Positions 1 to 10,773 of a DNA stretch of 64,000 nucleotides are shown here, in pieces; the first letter of the stretch is position 1; every line of letters starts with the position of its first letter. The stretch lies in the NCBI RefSeq assembly GCF_963921235.1, contig NC_086118.1, positions 22,012,001-22,076,000 on the forward strand, written 5' to 3'. Made by a program: the position numbers and the translations under genes. The notes under the pieces were generated by a model, which was not told where the DNA came from, ran no database searches, and saw only the letters and a list, made by a program, of their open reading frames with translations. This stretch comes from Mobula hypostoma. Taxonomy: Eukaryota.

Positions 1-735
1 TTGGGCTGTGATGTCCTTTCTTCTGTCTCTATCCCTTCTTGAAGAGTGGAGTGACATTTGTGACTTTCCAGTCCTCTGGAACTATGCCAGAACTTATTGA
101 TTCTTGAAAGGGATTACTAATGCCTCCACAATCTTTTCAGCTGAGGTAGACCAGGTGATTTATCTATCTTCAGACCTTTCAGTTTCCCAAGCTTCTTTTC
201 CCTAGTTGGCAACTTCACTTACTTCTGCCCCTGACACTCTCAAACTTGCGGCAAAATGCTAATGACTTCCATAGTGAAGACTGATGCAAAATACTTATTC
301 AGTTCATCTGCCACTTCCTTGGCCCCCAGTACCGTCATTTTCCAGCGGTCCAATATTTACTCCTGCCTCTCTTTTTACACTGTGTACATCTGAAGAAGCT
401 TTTGGTATCCTCGTTATTATTATTGGCTACCTTTATATTCCTTCTTTTCCTTTATAACTTTTTAGTTATCTCCTGTTGGTTTATAAAAGATTCCTACTTA
501 CTTGCTACTAATTTTTGCTCTATTGTATGCCCTCTCTTTGGCTTTTATGTTGGTCTTGACTTCCCTTGTCAGCCACAGTGTGTATCCTGTCTTTGGAATG
601 CTTCTTCTTCTTCTTCTTTGGGTTGTATCTATCCTGCACCTTTTGAATTGCTCCCAGAAACTCCAGCCACTGCTGCTCTGCCATCATCCTTGCTAGTGTT
701 CACTTCCAATCAATTTTGGTTAGCTCCTCTCTTTT
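1..735 (-). mobile_element. Old CR1-clade LINE, ORF2 fragment (segment 1 of an interrupted copy; runs off the window edge)
   Basis: Its reverse complement matches the + strand CR1 at about 1100-1870 (the VPEDW.V.NVTPLFKKG and LNKYFASVFT regions). It resumes at 3292 after the younger insertion. Confidence 0.85.
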
Positions 736-3291
736 GACTACATGTGGACTACAAATTACAACTGGAAATAGAAAAGGCTTGTCAGAAGGGCAGTGTTATG
801 ATAATTGTGGGGGATTTTAACATGCGAGTGGATTGGGAAAATCAGGTCGGCACTGGATCGCAAGAGACAGAATTTATAGAATGTCTGCGAGATGGCTCTT
901 TAGAACAGCTTGTTGTTGAGCCTACTAGGGGATCGGCTGTGCTGGATTGGGTATTGTGTAATGAACCGGAGGTGATTGGAGAGATTGAGGTGAAGGAACC
1001 CTTAGGAGGCAATGATCATAACGTGATTGAGTTCACAGTGAAATTAGAAAAAGAGAAGCCGAAATCTGATGTGTCGGTATTTCAGTGGAGTAAAGGAAAT
1101 TACAGTGGCATGAGAGAGGAACTGGCCAAAGTTGACTGGAAAGAGACACTGGCGGGAAAGACAGCAGAGCAGCAGTGGCTGGAGTTTATGTGAGAAATGA
1201 GGAATGTGCAAGACAGGTATATTCCAAAAAAGAAGAAATTTTCGAGTAGAAAAAGGATGCAACCGTGGTTGACAAGAGAAGTCAAAGCCAATGTTAAAGC
1301 AAAAGAGAGGGCACACAAGGAAGCAAAAATTAGTGGGAAGAAAGAGGATTGGGAAGTTTTTAAAACCTTACAAAAGGAAACCAAGAAGGTCATTAAGAGA
1401 GAAAAGATTAACTATGAAAGGAAGCTAGCAAATAATATCAAAGAGGATACGAAAAGCTTTTTCAAGTATATGAAGAGTAAAAGACAGGTCAGAGTAGATA
1501 TAGGACCGATAGAAAATGATGCTGGAGAAATTGTAATGGGAGATGAGGAGATGGCAGAGGAACTGAACAAGTATTTTGCATCAGTCTTCACTGAGGAAGA
1601 CATCAGCAGTATACCGGACACTCAAGGGTGGCAGGGAAGAGAAGTGTGCGCAGTCACAATTACGACAGAGAAAGTACTCAGGAAGCTGAATAGGCTAAAG
1701 GTAGATAAATCTCCTGGACCAGATGGAATGCACTCTCGTGTTCTGAAGGAAGTAGCTGTGGAGATTGTGGAGGCATTAGCGATGATCTTTCAAAAGTCGA
1801 TAGATTCTGGCATGGTTCCGGAGGACTAGAAGATTGCAAATGTCACTCCGCTATTTAAGAAGGGGGCAAGGAAGCAAAAAGGAAATTATAGACCTGTTAG
1901 CTTGACATCCGTGGTTGGGAAGTTGTTGGAGTCGATTGTCAAGGATGAGGTTACAGAGTACCTGGAGGCATATGACAAGATAGGCAGAACTCAGCATGGA
2001 TTCCTTAAAGGAAAATCCTGCCTGACAAACCTATTACAATTTTTTGAGGAAATTACCAGTAGGCTAGACAAGGGAGATGCAGTGGATGTTATATATTTGG
2101 ATTTTCAGAAGGCCCTTGACAAGGTGCCACACATGAGGCTACTTAACAAGATAAGATCCCATGGAATTACGGGGAAGTTACATATGTGGATAGACCGTTG
2201 GCTGATTGGCAGGAAACAGAGAGTGGGAATAAAGGGATCCTATTCTGGCTGGCTGCCGGTTACCAGTGGTTTTCCGCAGGGATCAGTGTTGGGGCCGCTT
2301 CTTTTTACATTGTACATCAACGATTTAGATTATGGAATAGATGTCTTTGTGGCTAAGTTTGCTGACGATACGAAGATAGGTGGAGGGGCCGGTAGTGCTG
2401 AGGAAACCGAGAGTCTGCAGAGAGACTTGGATAGATTGGAAGAATGGGCAGAGAAGTGGCAAATGAAGTACAATGTTGGAAAGTGTATGGTTATGCACTT
2501 TGGCAGAAAAAATAAACGGGCAGACTATTATTTAAATGGGGAAAGAATTCAAAGTTCTGAGATGCAACGGGACTTGGGAGTCCTGGTACAGGATACCCTT
2601 AAAGTTAACCTCCAGGTTGAGTCAGTAGTGAAGAAGGCGAATGCAATGTTGGCATTCATTTCTAGAGGAATAGAGTATAGGAGCAGGGATGTGATGTTGA
2701 GGGTCTATAAGGCACTGGTGAGACCTCACTTGGAGTACTGTGGGCAGTTTTGGTCTCCTTATTTAAGAAAGGATGTGCTGACGTTGGAGAGGGTACAGAG
2801 AAGATTCACTAGAATGATTCTGGAAATGAGAGGGTTAAGATATGAGGAACGTTTGTCCGCTCTTGAACTGTATTCCTTGGAGTTTAGAAGAATGAGGGGA
2901 GACCTCATAGAAACATTTCGAATGTTAAAAGGCATGGACAGAGTGGATGTGGCAAAGTTGTTTCCCATGATGGGGGAGTCTAGTACGAGAGGGCATGACT
3001 TAAGGATTGAAGGGTGCCCTTTCAGAACAGAAATGCGAAGAAATTTTTTTAGTCAGAGGGTGGTGAATCTATGGAATTTGTTGCCACGGGCAGCAGTGGA
3101 GGCCAAGTCATTGGGTGTATTTAAGGCAGAGATTGATAGGTATCTGAGTAGCCAGGGCATCAAAGGTTATGGTGAGAAGGCAGGGGAGCGGGACTAAATA
3201 GGAGAAAATGGATCAGCTCATGATAAAATGGCAGAGCAGACTCGATGGGCCGAATGGCCTACTTCTGCTCCTTTGTCTTATGGTCTTATGG
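736..3291 (+). mobile_element. Young 5'-truncated CR1-clade (HER1-like) LINE
   Basis: ORFs 744-1193, 1197-1829 and 1902-3197 share one frame. They encode the endonuclease C-terminus (GDFN, LDWVL, NDH) and RT (QHGF, YLDFQKA, PQGSVLGP, FADD). The 3' UTR ends in TCTTATGG repeats at about 3276-3291. Confidence 0.95.
744..3197 (+). pseudogene. CR1 ORF2 (partial APE endonuclease plus reverse transcriptase) with two premature stops
   Basis: The single frame is broken only by TGA at 1191-1193 and TAG at 1827-1829 (the W codon of PEDW). There are no frameshifts and the RT motifs are intact. Confidence 0.93.
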
Positions 3292-3939
3292 ACTCTGCAA
3301 TTCCCTTTACCCACTGTTACATCTGACTTTAGCTAGTCCTTCTCAAATTGTGGGGTGATTTCTGTCATATTATGGTCACAGGCCCTGAAGAGTTCCATTA
3401 CCTTATGCTCTCTAATCAATTCTGGTTAATTTCATTACACCCAGCCCATAATAGCTTGTCCCCCAATGGGCTCAGTCAAGAGCTGATCTAATAAGCCATT
3501 GTGTAGGCATTCTACAGATTCCCCTTCTTGGGATCCAGCACCAATCTGATTTTCGCAATCTACCTGCATATTGAAATCCCCTATGAGTGTCGTAACATTG
3601 CATTTTCTATCTCCCATTGTAATTTGTAGCCCATTTCTTTACCACTATTCGGGGGCCTGTATATAACTTCCATCAGGGTTCTCTTAGCTCTACCCATGAG
3701 AATTCTACATCTGCCAATCCTATGTTACCTCTTTCTAAGGATATGATTTTTTTTTACCAACAGAGCCACCCACCTCCTCTGCCTACCTGCCTGTTGTTTT
3801 GATACAATGTGTATCCTTGAGTGTTAAGCTCCCAGCTATAATCTTCTTTCAGCCATGATTCAGTGATGCCTACAATGTCATACGTACCACTCTGTAACTG
3901 TGCTACGAGTTCATCTGGTGTACTCTGTATACTGTGTGC
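3292..3939 (-). mobile_element. Old CR1 LINE segment 2 (endonuclease region)
   Basis: Minus-strand ORFs read GDFNMQVDCENQIGAGSQEGE and YDIVGITESWL...QGYTLYQNNRQVGRGGG, which are APE motifs. The segment is colinear with segments 1 and 3. Confidence 0.88.
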
Positions 3940-4325
3940 TGTTGTGATGTGAACAAAGTCACCGGAGGACACTGAAGCCAATGGATACAGATGTGTTTTA
4001 TTCAACAAAATGAGACACTCTTGGAGGCAGAGGACTGTTTGACCCAATATGTTATACACTGAAGATCAAAGGTCCAGCAAAACAACTCTATAGTTACAAT
4101 GTTTCTACAGTGCTTTCTTTGAATTACACATAATTTTCACACCTCCTTCTTTGCACCCACACTCCAGACACCCAAAATGAATGTTAATCAGCATCTCTGT
4201 TTTTCAGTTAACTGGTTTCCACAGCTCCAGGACGCTATTGTCCGGGACTGCATTTTAAATTTAATCTACAATCCATGTTCAGGTCTAAAGTTTGGTTGCT
4301 TAAGTAAATATTTGCTATATACCCT
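3940..4325 (-). repeat. ERV 3' LTR (U3 start and PPT lost)
   Basis: Aligns with 7622-8005 and 30681-31050. Minus-strand AATAAA near 3997-4002. It diverges from the other LTRs after about 4325. Confidence 0.88.
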
Positions 4326-5249
4326 GTACTCTCGCTGTGAAATGGGGACACGTGTTTTTCCCTTATTGGGGAGAGAGAGACAGCCTGTGGAATGTCGAAT
4401 ACCAGTTGAACGAGTAGTTTTTAGGGTACCCCAATTACTCTATGTGCATCTACATCTATGAAATCATCCCTAATGGCTACCTGCAAGACTCTAAGCAGAG
4501 ATTCTTTCAGAAATTTGACCAACAGTCTTTAAAATGCAGCTTCATCATCTGTATGCCTGCTGCCTCCTTCTTTGCTGGCCAATTGCAGTTTAATCCCCTT
4601 CTTTATCTTCAACCCTTCATTTACTGATATCTAAAACTCGGCAGTGGCTATCAGTGGTTACTCGCCAGGGCACCAGCAAGGTAAACATATCAGGCTCACA
4701 GGTCCTCTCATTAACGTACTGAAGGGGTTGGGGCGATCCCTATTTGAATGATTGCAAGGACCTCAGCCTGGTGCCAGCCCCTTCCGGACTGTCCATTTGA
4801 TCACTGTCCCAACCACTGAAAGGGCCCAGTTCATTTGTACTTACTCCCCATTCAGGTTGGGGTAACCCTCAGATGCTGTGTGTAATTTATTTTCTTTCTC
4901 GGTCTTACCACCATCAAAGTTGTGGAACTTGATGTCTCTGCTGTAACTTGGATCCCTTTCAATCTATTTTTTCCGAATGTTTTTCTGTACTGAACTATAC
5001 AGCTAATCATCTGTCTTCAGCTACCAGAGTACCATTACTATTATACCTTCACATGCTATTCACAGTTTGCTGTTGCATTCTCTCAGTGCCCTCTGCCTTT
5101 GCATTTACTGCTGGTCTACTTCCATCATCTGAGCTCAGGGCTGATGCACCCAGCAGGTGTTCCTTACTTGAGTTCTCTGCAATGGCATTGTTACCAGGTA
5201 CACTTGATCTCTTGCTCTGTCTGTGAGGGTGACAAGAAGGTAGGTCACA

Positions 5250-5415
5250 CGGTTTAACTTGGGTCCAGTGTTTCTGCTGGCTACCTCATCAGGACTGCAC
5301 AGCAACACAGGCATCATTCGTCTGGAGCACCACCTGTGGTTCAATCCGCCTGGGAGTGAACCCTGTCCTTTCAATCAGCTCTCTTACCTGACTAGGTCAC
5401 CTGGCTGTGGGAGGA
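5250..5415 (-). pseudogene. pol: ERV integrase C-terminal remnant
   Basis: Manual translation across a frameshift gives PQPGDLV/VRELIERTGFTPRRIEPQVVLQTNDACVAV...KHWTQVKP, which resembles the class-I integrase C-terminus (PGD.V.V...PRW.GP..VL.T...H...VK). Confidence 0.65.
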
Positions 5416-5574
5416 CTATCTTCTCTCCCTCTGGCTTGCTCTGATCTGCAATATGTTGCTGTTGCTTTGTTCAATCCCTCAATGCTAACCTGATTGCAGT
5501 GTAATCTTATTCAATTGGCCACTGTAGTTTTTTCCTGTACACTTGTAATTTATGTTGGTTCTTGGTCTTCCACT

Positions 5575-5697
5575 GTCCTCCTTGCACTGATGTCTGCCCA
5601 CTCGTTCCTTTTCTGCTCCTTGCCATCCCCTTTCTGGTGAGCCTTTACTTCAATCACTGCTCCCTCCTCAGGCAGCAACACTACTTCAAACAGCTCC
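5575..5697 (-). pseudogene. pol: ERV RNase H C-terminal remnant
   Basis: Manual translation gives LFEVVLLPEEGAVIEVKAHQKGDGKEQKRNEWADISARR, matching the class-I RNase H end (LP...A.I...AHQKG....GN..AD..A). Confidence 0.8.
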
Positions 5698-5879
5698 TCA
5701 CTGTATTTGGCCCCTACCCTTGGGACCTCCTGACATGATTCCTACAGAGTGCCCTGTCTCTCCTCCCTGCCTGGAGCTGCTGTCTCTTTGTGGCCCATGC
5801 TAGCTGCTTTGCAGGTCACACATGTTTGCTGTCCCTGTCTTGTCCGTGTTATTTTTCCTTTTCCTGAGTTTATAATCCA

Positions 5880-6110
5880 CACTTGCCTTACTCAGTGCAT
5901 CTATTCCCAGGATAGTACCTTCATTGTTTGGGCACATCTAGAAATCTACAGCAAGCTGCACTCCCTCAATCTCTGGTACCTGGGGCTGACTCCTCTCCGC
6001 CCTCATTGTTTCACCTCCTGTACTGGTAATGTAACTCGCCTCTCCAGTCGTGGGCAAGGGTAGATCAGTTATTGATACCCTGTGACAACTAACATTCCAC
6101 CTTGCTGGTC
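5880..6110 (-). pseudogene. pro: ERV aspartic protease remnant
   Basis: MLVVTG near 6078-6095 is one base change from LVDTG. The C-terminal TILGIDALSK near 5887-5916 fits the ILG.D motif. Confidence 0.7.
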
Positions 6111-6287
6111 CCCTAATAAACCTCTTGTGTATATCGGTGGATGACCTCCACTTGCAATTGGGGCTGTCATTAGCTGTTGTGTGACCCAGCTCTGTAATCT
6201 GGTCAGCAGTCATATCGGAAAGAGACACTGCTACTGTGGATTCTGCCACTGCATTGAGAGGTTTTCACACTTCGCCCTCTTTTTGGG

Positions 6288-6985
6288 ACACTGCCTCCAA
6301 CCATGGTCTGAGAAGCCACAGCTGTAACAAATCATCTCCTTTACCTGCTCACACCTACTCCAGAAGTTCCTTGCTATGTGCCCCGGCTGCTGGCACACAA
6401 AGCAAGTTCTCTGTCACTTACAGCCACTTTACGACTTCTCTTGCTCCTCCTCTCGTCTTTCTTACCGGCCCATGATATTATCGCAGAGTAGATCAATCCT
6501 ATCACTGTCCACATACCTAAAACTACCTGGTGGGCTGAGCTCAGGCCTTCCTTCAGCATTTTCAGGAAGACTGGGTCATCCTTCCTTGGATTATCCAAAC
6601 CTGAATACTCTTCATACGCTTGATATTTACGTTCTGCATAATCCATGGCAGGCTCTTCAGCTCTCTGAACCACTGACATTATTGTTCCCCAGTTGCTCTC
6701 ACCTCCCTCAGTCACTTCCTCCTTAAAGAAGCAATATCTCTCTTCATTGCTGGCATTCCCAGCAGTTGCTCATGTACCATCCTGCACTCCCTTGGCCATA
6801 TTTTCCCACATTTTCCTCGGGCACTTCGCTTTAGCCAATAGGTGTATATCTTTAGGTTGCTTCCGGTTATTTCAATCATTTCCTTAAGCTGGAACCAGAA
6901 TTCTACATTCCTGCAGGTGATCATAAGTGAGGGCAACTTTGACAAAATGCTCTGCTTCTCTCTGGGGTGAAGGGCTTAAGGATGG
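6288..6985 (-). pseudogene. gag: ERV Gag capsid and nucleocapsid remnant
   Basis: Capsid N-terminus-like KPFTP..E...ILSKLP; major homology region VQRAEEPAMDYAERKYQAY (Q-x3-E-x4-Y-x2-R) in ORF 6374-6715; zinc knuckle CYSCGFSDHGWRQC at 6288-6329. Confidence 0.85.
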
Positions 6986-7601
6986 CTGTAATCATAGTGA
7001 AAGGTAGGCTTGGGTCATCAGGGTTCTCAACCTATCATTCCTACCTCAGTAGGTGTTATCCCAACAGATATATGCAGGTAAAACCTCTCCCTCAAATGTC
7101 GCCACACTTATTCCCACAAGATATAAATGTGGATAAAAATTAAACACTACATACTTTAAATCACAGAGTACATACTCTGCAATCTGCCATTTATGTGCAT
7201 CTGAACTCCTAGTGCGTGTTGTATTCATTTGCATTTAAAACTGTTACACCAGGGTTACGGATGTATTCTTAACAAAAGCATTTGCAAGATACGGTTCCTG
7301 GAATGAGTATATACGCACCCCACTGGCATCCCAAACTGTCAGTGACCACCCTATGCTACTGGTGGCCCCTTCTCACTAAAGGAGCACACAAATGTTTAGT
7401 CTCTTACATAAACACATATTCCTGAACACACGCCACACTACTTATATATCTACTAGTTCAGCTCTCTGCCATGTTCATGATACTTCATGATCTCGTAGTC
7501 AGCGACCCGAACAGGTCCAAAAATGAGTGCTAATTCGAAAAACACTCACACACTGAGTCTGCTGAGATCGATGGCCACCCACCTCGGTGGGTCACAAAGG
7601 C

Positions 7602-7619
7602 ATCCCGGACAAGCGTCCA
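7602..7619 (-). promoter_or_regulatory. Primer binding site, tRNA-Pro
   Basis: Minus strand reads TGGACGCTTGTCCGGGAT, 15/18 identical to the canonical PBS-Pro TGGGGGCTCGTCCGGGAT. It starts 2 nt after the LTR end. Confidence 0.85.
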
Positions 7620-7621
7620 AA

Positions 7622-8029
7622 TGTTGTAACATGAACAAAGTCACCAGAGAGACACTGAAGCTAGTAGGTACAGAAATGTTTTATTCACCAAAATGAGACA
7701 CTTTTGGAGGAAGAGGCCTGTTTGACCCACTATTACATGATATTTTATAGCTAAAGATCAAATTTTCCTGGAGTAGGAAAATTCTATAGTTACAATGCTT
7801 TGAATTACATATAATTTTCACACTTCCTTCTTTGCACTCACACTCCAGACACTCAAAATAAATGTTAATCAGCATTGTCTGGTTTTCAATTAACTGGTGT
7901 CCACAGCTCCAGGAAACTATTGTCCAGGGCTGCATTCTAAATTTAATTTACCATCCATTTTCTGGTCTAAAGAGTGGTTGCTGAAGGAAATATTTGCTCT
8001 ATGCTCTAACTCCAGAATATGCCCTAACA
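7622..8029 (-). repeat. ERV 5' LTR
   Basis: TGTT...AACA termini, adjacent PBS, and similarity to the other two LTR copies. Confidence 0.9.
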
Positions 8030-8630
8030 TATGCATTCAAATATAAAATCTTCAGTCCTGTATTCACCTTCCTTTATGATTTTGTTCCCCTTTTATATTA
8101 CAACTCATGCCATTGACTGCAATTTTATCCTGTCCTTTCTAGTGGTCCCACTGCACACTGCCTCAGTTTGTAAACCAATACTTCATTCTCAGCTCTATCA
8201 CCCCGGTTCCCATTCCCCTGCCAAATTAGTTTAAACCCTCCCAAGCAGCTCTAGCAAACCTGCCCGCAAGGGTTTTGCTCCCCCTCGGGTTCAGGTGTAC
8301 CCGTCCCTTTTTGTACAGCTTGTGCATTCCCCAGAAGTGATCCCAATGACCCAGAAATTTGAACCCTTGCCCTCTGCACCAGTTCCTCAGTCACACATTT
8401 ATCTGCCAATTGCTCCTACTCTTACCCTCACTGGTGTGTGGCACAGGCAGCAATCCAGAGATTACTACCCTGGAGGTCCTGTTTCTCAGCTTTCTACCTA
8501 GCTCCCTAAAATCTCTTTTCAGGAGCTTCTCACCTTTCCTACCTACGTCTTTGGGCCAATATGTACCAAGACTTCGGCTGCTCACTCTCCTCCTTTAGAA
8601 TGCTGTGGACCTGATCTGAGACATCCCTGC
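8030..8630 (-). mobile_element. Old CR1 LINE segment 3 (ORF1 esterase-like region)
   Basis: ORF 8391-8585 reads DVGRKGEKLLKRDFRELGRKLRNRTSRVVISGLLPVP, typical of the CR1 ORF1 SGNH-esterase domain. The sequence resumes exactly after the ERV TSD. Confidence 0.82.
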
Positions 8631-8925
8631 ACCCACATCAGTCTCTAGAGATAATGGAGAATGCTGTGAAAAACGCAGAGCGGCAGATCTGTGGGCAAAA
8701 ATGCATTGTTAATGAGGTCAGGAGAATGGTCAGATGGGTTCAAACTGACATGAAGGCAACAGTAACTCAAACTGTTTTAACAGTGGTGTGCAGAAGAGCA
8801 TCTCTGAATGCGCAATACTTCAAACCTTGAAGTGGATGGACTACAGCAGCAGAAGACCATGAACATACACTCAGTAACCACCTTTATTAGGTACATGTGG
8901 TACCTAATAAAGTGGTCACTAAGTG
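8631..8925 (+). mobile_element. Tc1-derived MITE, partial copy ending in a TIR-TIR palindrome
   Basis: Homologous to 18589-19145. Palindrome at 8866-8927: TACACTCAGT...GTAC...GTACCTAATAAAGTGGTCACTAAGTGTA. Confidence 0.8.
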
Positions 8926-9051
8926 TACTTTCCTTTCAAAATCTTACTTCGACTCACCAAATTGAGTTTCCAGCTTAATTGTTGGCATTATATTGCTCTG
9001 AAGTTTTTCTCAATTGTGGGGATGTAATTGTAATAAAACAAGCTGATTAAA

Positions 9052-10520
9052 GTTCAGATCAAAGTACATATATGTCACCATGTATGTCACTGAGATTCAT
9101 TTTCTTATGGGCATACTCAATAAGTCTATAATAGAATAATAATCATAATAGAATCAATGAAAGACCACCCCAACTTGGGTGTTCAACCAATGTGCAAAAG
9201 GCAACACACTGTGCAAATACAAAAAGAAAGAAATAACGATAAAAAAATAAATAAGCATTAAATATTGAGAACATGAGATGAAAAATCCTTGAAAGTGAGT
9301 CCATAGGTTGTGGGAACAGTTCAGTGACGGGACAAGTGAAGTTATTCCCTTTAGTTCAAGAGCCTGATGATTGAGGGGAAATAACTGTCCCTGAACCTGA
9401 CTGTGTGAGACCTGAGGCTCCTACATCGTCTTCCTGATAATAGCAGCGAGAAGAGAGCATGACTTGTGTGGTGGGAGTCCCCGATAATGAATTCTGCTTT
9501 CCTGCTACGGCGCTTCATGTAGATATGCTCAATGGTGGGGAGGGCTTTAACCTGTGATGGACTGGATCACATCCACTACTTTTTGTAGGATTTTCTGTTC
9601 AAGGGCATTGGTGTTTCCATAATAGGCTGCGATGCAGCCAGTCAATAAACTCTCTATCATACCTTTATAGAAGTTTGTCCAAGTTTTAGATGTCACGCTG
9701 AATCTTCGCAAACTCTTTTAGAAATAGAGGTGCTGCTGTACTTTCTTTGTAATTTCACTGACATGCTGGGCCCAGGACAGGTCTTCTGAAATAATAACTC
9801 AGAGGAATTTAAAGTTGCTGACCCTCTCCACCTCAGATACTCTACTAGGGACTAGTTTATGGACATCTGGTTTCTTCCTCCTGAGGTCAATAATCAGCTC
9901 CTTGGTCTTGTTGACATCGAGTAAGAGGTCGTTATGACATCACTCAGCCAGATTTTCAATCTCCCTCCTATATGCTGGTTCATCACTACATTTAATTTGG
10001 CCTACAATAGTAGTTTTGTCAGCAAACTTGAATATGACATTGGAGCTGTGTTTAGCAACACATTCATAAGTGTAAAGCAGGTACAGCAGGGGCTCAGCAC
10101 ACAGCCTTGTAGTGTACCTATGTGGATGGAGGTCATGGAGCAGATGTTATTGCCAAACTGAACTGACTACGGTCTGCAAGTCAGGAAATCAAGGATCCAA
10201 TTACACAAGGATGTATTGATGTCAAGGTCTTGAAGCTTATTGATTACTTCTGAGGGGATAATGATATTGAATGCTCAGCTGTAGTCAATAGAGAGCATCC
10301 TGATATATGCACCTTTGCTGTCCAGATGTTCCAAGGTTGAATGAAGAATCAATGAGATGGTATCTGCTGTGGTAGACAAATTGGAGCAGATCCAAGTTGC
10401 TTCTCAGACAGGAGTTGATATATTTCATTACCAATCTCTCAAAATGCTTCATCACTGTGGATGTAAGTGCTACTGGATAATGGTTACCATGTTCTTCCTC
10501 GGCATTGGTATACAGCAATT
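9052..10520 (-). mobile_element. Decayed Rex1/Babar-type LINE (RT plus 3' UTR)
   Basis: PVALTSTVMKHFERLV..LDLLQF (ORF 10285-10518) and an IDYS.AFN motif near 10265-10290. Homologous to 46393-47780. Confidence 0.85.
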
Positions 10521-10759
10521 TCAGCCTGCCGGTATGGTTTCAAAAATAATGGAGGAGATTTGTTGTATTCAGTTCAGGTCAACCTTTTCATTGATTCAAT
10601 GACTTTCAATAGCTTGTCAATGTTCGGCTTGGTTCCACTGAAAGATCCTTGGTCATAATATTAGAGAGAGGCAGACTGAGTATATGCTGTTCTTCTGGAT
10701 GCAGCCATCTCTACTTATTGACCTCCTTATCCACCTGCTGGTTAACGTGTGTGAAAAAA

Positions 10760-10773
10760 ATCACCATGGCAAC
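10760..10773. promoter_or_regulatory. Candidate RFX X-box
   Basis: ATCACCATGGCAAC (GTTGCCATGGTGAT on the minus strand) in non-repeat DNA. This is a motif match only. Confidence 0.35.

Larger units (their letters stand above)
3940..8029 (-). mobile_element. Degenerate, internally deleted class-I (gamma/epsilon-like) endogenous retrovirus
   Basis: Direct repeats at 3940-~4325 and 7622-8029 with TGTT...AACA termini; TSD TGTGC (3935-3939)/TATGC (8030-8034); PBS-Pro; Gag MHR, CCHC, protease, RNase H and integrase C-terminal motifs in retroviral order on the minus strand. Confidence 0.88.

Noticed and set aside
1902..3197. 431-aa RT ORF as a functional gene or a prokaryotic RT system (retron, DGR, group II intron)
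   Set aside because: It is the 3' part of a CR1 ORF2 with upstream in-frame stops and a LINE tail, in a vertebrate repeat context.
8866..8927. Perfect-looking hairpin suggestive of a pre-miRNA or terminator
   Set aside because: It is the paired TIRs of the Tc1 MITE and recurs in four copies.
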